Part shown: one piece after another, positions 6,984 through 12,227 of the stretch
Position numbering within the stretch: position 1 is the stretch's first letter
Layout: every line of letters starts with the position of its first letter
DNA from: an uncultured bacterium
Lineage (GTDB): Bacteria > Hydrogenedentota > Hydrogenedentia > Hydrogenedentales > JAEUWI01
Reading direction: 5' to 3'
Assembly (NCBI GenBank): GCA_963977445.1
Contig: CAXBPH010000209.1
Location: forward strand, 1 to 12,227
Length of the DNA: 12,227 nucleotides
The notes under the pieces: generated by a model
Seen by the model: the letters and a program-made list of their open reading frames with translations, nothing else
The model's database searches: none
What the model was told of the DNA's origin: nothing
Translations under genes and position numbers: made by a program

Positions 6984-7976
6984 GTGCGCAGTTATTTAAT
7001 CCGACGCCTGCTACTCATCATTCCGACCTTTATCGGAATCAGCCTCGTCACGTTTATCATTGTGCAGATGGCACCGGGCAGTCCCATCTTTCTAAAGCTC
7101 CATCCGGCGGGCAGTGCCGGCAGTAGTGCCATCACCCAGGAAACAATAGAGGCGACGAAGAAGCTTTACGGTCTGGACAAACCCCTGCCCGTGCGCTATG
7201 TGCTCTGGTTGGGAAAACTCACCACACTGGATTTCGGCAACTCCTACAAAGACCACCAACCCGTCATGAAGCGTATCCGGGAAACCCTTCCCATTACCCT
7301 CCAGATAAATCTCATCTCTATTCTTTTCGTATTTCTTATTGCCATTCCCATTGGTGTCTATTCGGCAACCCACCAGTATTCGATTTCCGACAACATACTC
7401 ACCTTGTTGTTGTTTATTCTCTATAGTCTGCCCAGCTTCTGGGTGGCCATGCTGCTCATGTATTTCTTTGGCGGTGGTGCCCACTGGAACTGGTTTCCCG
7501 TGGCGGGCACCCATTCTTACGACGCCGACACGATGACGTGGTGGCCCTGGCTCATGGACCGGGCCTGGCACCTGATCCTGCCTATCTTCTGTCTCTCCTA
7601 CGCGGAACTTGCCGGGCTATCCCGCTATGCCCGGGCGGGCCTCATTGAAACCATTCGCCAGGATTACGTGCGGACGGCGCGGGCCTATGGCTTTCGGGAG
7701 CGGACGGTCATCTATCGCTATGCCCTCCGCAATTCGCTCATTCCAATCATTACGCTCCTGGGCACCGTGCTCCCGTCCCTTATTGGGGGCAGCGTAATCA
7801 TTGAACGCATTTTTTCGATACCCGGTATGGGTAATCTGGCCTTCGACGCCATCTTGAATCGCGATTACCCCATGGTCATGGGCGTCCTTTCGATTTCCGC
7901 CCTGTTAACCCTGATAGGACTGATTCTCTCCGATATCCTCTATGCCATTGTGGATCCCCGCATAAAATTTAACTAG
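6984..7976 (+). CDS. oppB: Peptide ABC transporter permease (OppB/DppB family)
   Basis: MRSYLIRRLL start, YGLDKPLPVRY, DFGNSY, EAA-loop DYVRTARAYG, ALRNSLIP, IERIFSIPGMG and RDYP. Multiple hydrophobic segments. GTG start with GAGG upstream. Confidence 0.95.
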   Translation: MRSYLIRRLLLIIPTFIGISLVTFIIVQMAPGSPIFLKLHPAGSAGSSAITQETIEATKKLYGLDKPLPVRYVLWLGKLTTLDFGNSYKDHQPVMKRIRETLPITLQINLISILFVFLIAIPIGVYSATHQYSISDNILTLLLFILYSLPSFWVAMLLMYFFGGGAHWNWFPVAGTHSYDADTMTWWPWLMDRAWHLILPIFCLSYAELAGLSRYARAGLIETIRQDYVRTARAYGFRERTVIYRYALRNSLIPIITLLGTVLPSLIGGSVIIERIFSIPGMGNLAFDAILNRDYPMVMGVLSISALLTLIGLILSDILYAIVDPRIKFN

Positions 7977-8028
7977 GAACGCCACTAGATGTACCCCATC
8001 TCCATAGAACAAAAAGTCAACACGCCCC

Positions 8029-9030
8029 ATGGCTGACACCACCCACCAGAGTCAGGGCTTCTGGCACCTCGTCTGGCGCCAGTTTAAAAAGCGAAAAATG
8101 GCCCTCGCCTCGCTGGGCCTACTCGCGGTGTTGTGTCTCATCGGCCTGGCGGCCCCCTTTCTCTCTGGCGAAAAACCCATCTACCTCTCTCTCGATGGAA
8201 CGTCTTACATTTTTCCGAATGTCATCGCGTATAAAGATCTGGTTTCCATGGATTTTGATGGTTGGAAACCCGGCCCCAACGACCATGCCATCATGCCCCT
8301 CCTGCCCCACTCCCCGGAGCGCTCCAATCTAATGGATATGCTCAAGGCCCCATCAAAGGAGCACCTCCTGGGTACAGATGACCGAGGTAGAGACGTGCTG
8401 AGTCGAATTATCTGGGGTACCCGAATCTCCATGACCGTGGGTATTGTGGCCATGGGTCTGGCGGTTTTTATTGGCGTTATCGCCGGTGCCCTCGCGGGCT
8501 TCTATGGGGGAATCGTCGACACCATCTTGCTCCGGATCATCGAAGTGGTCCTCTGCTTCCCGACCTTTATCCTGATACTTTCGCTCATCGCCTTTCTCGA
8601 GCCCAGCATCTACAACATCATGATTGCCATCGGCCTCACCCGCTGGCCCGATGTGGCCCGCCTGGTTCGGGGCGAGTTTCTCAAATTGCGGTCGGCTGAT
8701 TTTGCGACGGCAGCCCGGGCCACGGGATTGAGCGATTTCCGCATTATCTTTCGCCACCTCCTCCCCAATGCCCTCGCGCCCGTGCTCGTTACGGCGACCT
8801 TTGGCGTGGCCGGAGCCATACTCACGGAGTCGGCTTTGAGCTTTCTGGGCTTTGGCGTACCGCCCCCCACGGCAAGTTGGGGTGAAATCCTGAAACAATC
8901 CAAAGACAATGTCGATTTTGCCTATTGGCTGGTCATGTTTCCCGGCCTGGCGATTTTCCTGACGGTCACGGCCTTTAATCTGGCCGGTGAAGGCCTGCGG
9001 GATGCCATGGACCCACGGCTCCGACAATAG
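8029..9030 (+). CDS. oppC: Peptide ABC transporter permease (OppC/DppC family)
   Basis: [63 protein letters not shown] and [11 protein letters not shown]. Confidence 0.95.
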   Translation: MADTTHQSQGFWHLVWRQFKKRKMALASLGLLAVLCLIGLAAPFLSGEKPIYLSLDGTSYIFPNVIAYKDLVSMDFDGWKPGPNDHAIMPLLPHSPERSNLMDMLKAPSKEHLLGTDDRGRDVLSRIIWGTRISMTVGIVAMGLAVFIGVIAGALAGFYGGIVDTILLRIIEVVLCFPTFILILSLIAFLEPSIYNIMIAIGLTRWPDVARLVRGEFLKLRSADFATAARATGLSDFRIIFRHLLPNALAPVLVTATFGVAGAILTESALSFLGFGVPPPTASWGEILKQSKDNVDFAYWLVMFPGLAIFLTVTAFNLAGEGLRDAMDPRLRQ

Positions 9031-9052
9031 ACGGACTGGACTACACTGCACT

Positions 9053-10096
9053 ATGAGTCAATCTGACGCCATACTTCAGGTAAAGAACCTGAAGACCTAC
9101 TTTAAAACCGACCAGGGCCTCGCCAAGGCCGTGGACGACGTTTCCTTTGACATTGTCAGTGGAAAAACCCTGGCGGTTGTCGGGGAGAGTGGTTGTGGCA
9201 AGAGTGTCACGGCCCTGTCCATCATGGGCCTCGTCCCGGAGCCCCCGGGGCTTCGCGCCGGAGGCCAGATCCTCTTTGAGGGGAACGATCTCCTCACCAT
9301 GCCGGAAGCAAAACGCAGGGCCATCCGGGGCAATGATATATCGATGATATTTCAAGAGCCCATGACCTCGATGAATCCCGTGTTCCGCATCGGCTATCAG
9401 TTGAGTGCCGTAATCCGCCTGCACCGGGGTCTGAACAAAAGCGACGCGCGAACGGAGGCCATCCGTCTGTTGGAGCAAGTGGGTATTCCCGCCCCCCATC
9501 AACGGGTCGATGACTATCCCCACCAGATGTCCGGTGGCATGTTGCAACGGGCCATGATTGCCATGGCCCTCGCGTGCGACCCCAAGGTACTCATCGCCGA
9601 CGAACCGACGACGGCCCTTGACGTGACGGTGCAAGCCCAGATTCTGGAGTTGCTTCGTGAGTTGCAGAGCGAGCGGGGCATGGCCATCCTGCTCATCACC
9701 CACGATTTGGGTGTGGTGGCGGAAAATGCCGATGACGTGGTGGTCATGTATGCGGGGCGGAAGGTCGAGCAGGCACCCGTCGCCGAGTTGTTCAAGGCAC
9801 CCCGTCATCCCTACACCATGGGACTCTTCGCCGCCCTGCCGAGTCTGAAACAGGCCCGCGAGAAACTCTATGTGATCAAAGGCAACGTACCCGCCGCGAC
9901 CCAGTTTCCCACCGGGTGTCGTTTCAACAACCGGTGCCCCTATGTCCAGGATCGTTGTATGAAGGATATCCCTCCCCTGGAATTTCTCTCGGGAACGGCC
10001 CATGGTGTGGCCTGCTGGGAGCACGAAAATCTCGTAAAATCAAAGGAGACGCTCCTCGCTGAGCAGCTGGAAACGGGTGATCTTCATGGCGAATGA
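9053..10096 (+). CDS. oppD: Peptide ABC transporter ATP-binding subunit (OppD/DppD family)
   Basis: Walker [10 protein letters not shown]-loop IFQEP, signature MSGGM, Walker [13 protein letters not shown]-loop ITHD, HPYT and a Cys-rich C-terminus. Start set at the ATG at 9053 ([13 protein letters not shown]) to avoid overlapping oppC. Confidence 0.95.
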   Translation: MSQSDAILQVKNLKTYFKTDQGLAKAVDDVSFDIVSGKTLAVVGESGCGKSVTALSIMGLVPEPPGLRAGGQILFEGNDLLTMPEAKRRAIRGNDISMIFQEPMTSMNPVFRIGYQLSAVIRLHRGLNKSDARTEAIRLLEQVGIPAPHQRVDDYPHQMSGGMLQRAMIAMALACDPKVLIADEPTTALDVTVQAQILELLRELQSERGMAILLITHDLGVVAENADDVVVMYAGRKVEQAPVAELFKAPRHPYTMGLFAALPSLKQAREKLYVIKGNVPAATQFPTGCRFNNRCPYVQDRCMKDIPPLEFLSGTAHGVACWEHENLVKSKETLLAEQLETGDLHGE

Positions 10097-11075
10097 TTTT
10101 CTGGTGGTCGACAAACTCACCAAACATTTTCCCATCAAGCGGGGCATCTTCTCTCGCACCGTCGATTCGGTGCGGGCGGTAGACGGCATCAGTTTCTCCA
10201 TCCCCCGTGGCTCCACCCTGAGTCTCGTCGGCGAGAGTGGCAGTGGAAAAACGACGGCCGGTCGCTCCCTGTTGCGGCTGATTGAGCCCAGCTCCGGTTC
10301 TATCACTTTCGACGGCATTGATGTCATGGGGCTGAAGTCCCGGGAACTCCGGGCACTGCGCAAGCGCGTACAACTGATTTTTCAGGACCCTTTCGGCTCC
10401 CTCAACCCCCGAATGACCGTCTATTCCGTGCTCTCCGAGGCCATGAATAACCACCATATCGGCGACAAGGGCAGTCGGCGTGAGCGGTGCTACGAACTAC
10501 TCAATCTTGTAGGGCTTCCACCAGAGGCAGCGGACCGCTATCCCCATGAGTTCAGTGGGGGCCAGCGCCAACGCATTGGCATCGCCCGGGCCCTCGCCGT
10601 TGACCCCGAGTTAATCGTGGCCGACGAGCCCGTTTCGGCCTTGGACGTCTCGGTCCAGGCCCAGATCCTGAATCTATTGAAGGAACTCCAGGATAAACTG
10701 GGCTTAACCTACCTCTTCATCGGCCACGATCTCAGCGTCGTCCGCCATATCTCCACAAGCGTCGCGGTCATGTATCTTGGCCGCATTGTGGAATCGGGTA
10801 CGGTGGACCAGATTTTCAACCACCCGGTACACCCCTATACAAAGGCCCTTTTGTCCGCCGTTCCGCGCACCGAGCCGGGCCGAATTTCGGGGCGCACCGT
10901 GCTCACCGGCGACGTGCCGAGCCCTATCAATCCCCCCTCCGGATGTCACTTTCACCCCCGCTGTCCAGACGCCATTCCAGACTGTGCACAACGGGGTGTA
11001 AATCTAGTAGAATATCCTCAGGGACATTGTGTTGCCTGTAGTCGATTCTCCCCTGACCATACTGGGGAAGAGTAA
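10086..11075 (+). CDS. oppF: Peptide ABC transporter ATP-binding subunit (OppF/DppF family)
   Basis: Walker [44 protein letters not shown] and [19 protein letters not shown] at 10086 overlaps the end of oppD by 11 nt. Confidence 0.95.
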   Translation: MANDFLVVDKLTKHFPIKRGIFSRTVDSVRAVDGISFSIPRGSTLSLVGESGSGKTTAGRSLLRLIEPSSGSITFDGIDVMGLKSRELRALRKRVQLIFQDPFGSLNPRMTVYSVLSEAMNNHHIGDKGSRRERCYELLNLVGLPPEAADRYPHEFSGGQRQRIGIARALAVDPELIVADEPVSALDVSVQAQILNLLKELQDKLGLTYLFIGHDLSVVRHISTSVAVMYLGRIVESGTVDQIFNHPVHPYTKALLSAVPRTEPGRISGRTVLTGDVPSPINPPSGCHFHPRCPDAIPDCAQRGVNLVEYPQGHCVACSRFSPDHTGEE

Positions 11076-11178
11076 ATTGGCTAGCGGGGCAGAAACGGCC
11101 ACACGTCCGGTGGACGATAGATCGCCTTCGACTGGGTTCCGGTGATTCGGTAAATTCAGGTCAGGGTCGGAGATATTC

Positions 11179-12114
11179 ATGCGTTTAGACATAGCGGCAT
11201 TCAGTGATGTAGGACGACGTAAAAAGAATAACGAAGACTCGTATGTCGTCGTTCGGGAAGGTGCCAAGGACCTTCGCCTCTTTAAAGAAGGCGCACTGAT
11301 TTGCGTTGCGGATGGACTGGGTGGCCACACGGGTGGTGAAATCGCCAGTAAGCTCGCGGTGCGCATCATCGGGGAAATTGCCAAAGACAAGCCCCATCAG
11401 AATGGTGTCGAGTCTGACGAGAGCAATGATGGGCCCCTCCCGAAGATACGTTCCTCCATCGAGCGGGCCAACGAGAGCATCTATCAGACCAACCGGGATC
11501 TCGTTCGCACCCGGCGCCCCATGGGTACTACGGTGCTTACGGGCGTCATCTCGCCCCGCAAAGTCTATGTGGGCAATGTGGGCGACTCCCGTTGCTACCA
11601 TATTCGTGATGGCGAGATTCTCACCCAGACGGAAGATCACTCCTGGGTGGATGAGCAGGTGAAGCTTGGGCTCATGTCCAAAGCAGAAGCCGAAACCGAT
11701 CGCCGAAAAAATATTGTTACCCGCTGTGTGGGCACCCACGAAGAAGTCACGGTCGACACCTATCGCTGGCACATCGTTCCCGGTGATATGTTGCTCTTCT
11801 GTACCGACGGGCTCGTCAACATGGTTTCCGACGACGTCATCAAAAAGGAATTCCGGCGCAATGGCAGCTCAGCGGAGATCGCCCAACGCCTGGTAAACCT
11901 GGCCAACGAGAATGGCGGCAAAGACAACATCACGGTCGTCGTGGTGAATGTGAGCCCTGCCCCGGTACGCCTCATATACATGCGTGTGGCCTCCTTCCTG
12001 CGCCGTCGTGGCATTGGGCTGGCCTGGGGCTTTGGTATAGCCCTATTTGGCCTCCTCAGCTTCCTGGCGGGCCATCTACTCCATCCCTACACCAAGAACG
12101 TCCTTCCCTTTTAG
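11179..12114 (+). CDS. PP2C/PPM-family Ser/Thr protein phosphatase (Stp1/PrpC-like) with a C-terminal transmembrane segment
   Basis: Motifs DVGRRKKNNEDS, VADGLGGH, MGTT, NVGDSR, TEDHS, TRCVG, CTDGL and GGKDNIT. Hydrophobic tail GIGLAWGFGIALFGLLSFLAGHLL after RRR. GGAG RBS. Confidence 0.93.
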   Translation: MRLDIAAFSDVGRRKKNNEDSYVVVREGAKDLRLFKEGALICVADGLGGHTGGEIASKLAVRIIGEIAKDKPHQNGVESDESNDGPLPKIRSSIERANESIYQTNRDLVRTRRPMGTTVLTGVISPRKVYVGNVGDSRCYHIRDGEILTQTEDHSWVDEQVKLGLMSKAEAETDRRKNIVTRCVGTHEEVTVDTYRWHIVPGDMLLFCTDGLVNMVSDDVIKKEFRRNGSSAEIAQRLVNLANENGGKDNITVVVVNVSPAPVRLIYMRVASFLRRRGIGLAWGFGIALFGLLSFLAGHLLHPYTKNVLPF

Positions 12115-12205
12115 GTTTTTCGTGTCAGGGGGACGTAAGGTTTCCACGCACACGAATCGACGTTGTCGGATCGCGTGGCACCTGGTGCAGATTAGGTGGT
12201 CTTCA

Positions 12206-12227
12206 GGAGGTCGGGCATTCCTGCCCG
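12206..12227 (+). repeat. REP-like palindrome related to the 352-530 arms, truncated by the window edge
   Basis: GGAG-GTCGGGCA-TTCC-TGCCCG, then the window ends. It has the same tetranucleotide + 8-bp stem + 4-nt loop layout as GTAG-GTTAGGCG-TCCY-CGCCTGAC and lies outside any confidently called gene. Confidence 0.6.

Noticed and set aside
11104..11121. Small hairpin CGTCC-GGT-GGACG between oppF and the phosphatase
   Set aside because: A 5-bp stem without a U-tract is expected by chance.
619..11772. Long antisense or alternative-frame ORFs (e.g. 619-1218, 2817-3656, 3975-4667, 5018-6001, 6120-6980, 8353-9051, 9041-10024, 11185-11772)
   Set aside because: Each lies over a well-supported gene and has no family motifs. 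Such shadow ORFs are expected in GC-rich DNA.
12192..12227. Possible 3' end of a minus-strand CDS (RAGMPDLLKTT*)
   Set aside because: Only 12 codons are visible and the stretch is better explained as a REP-like hairpin. It cannot be excluded without flanking sequence.

Overview
A bacterial chromosomal window (GC-rich coding regions) that is mostly housekeeping and transport genes. From left to right: the 5' part of a HotDog-fold acyl-CoA thioesterase gene (minus strand, missing from the ORF track); a 179-bp intergenic element made of two inverted GTAG-type REP palindromes (REPIN/MITE-like); a TPR lipoprotein (-); D-Ala-D-Ala ligase (+); a DapF-family epimerase whose second catalytic Cys is replaced by Ser (+); a divergent, apparently catalytically degenerate ATP-grasp protein resembling L-amino-acid ligases (-); a complete five-gene Opp/Dpp/App-type ABC transporter (+); a PP2C-family phosphatase with a C-terminal membrane anchor (+); and a third, related REP-like hairpin cut off by the right edge. 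The most notable signals are the REP family, which shows compensatory base changes between copies, the Cys/Ser DapF variant, and the degenerate ATP-grasp protein. The ddl + DapF-like + ATP-grasp + peptide ABC grouping could be a D-amino-acid/peptide module, but that is inference. No CRISPR array, rRNA, tRNA or transposase was seen. All calls come from reading motifs by eye; no searches were run.
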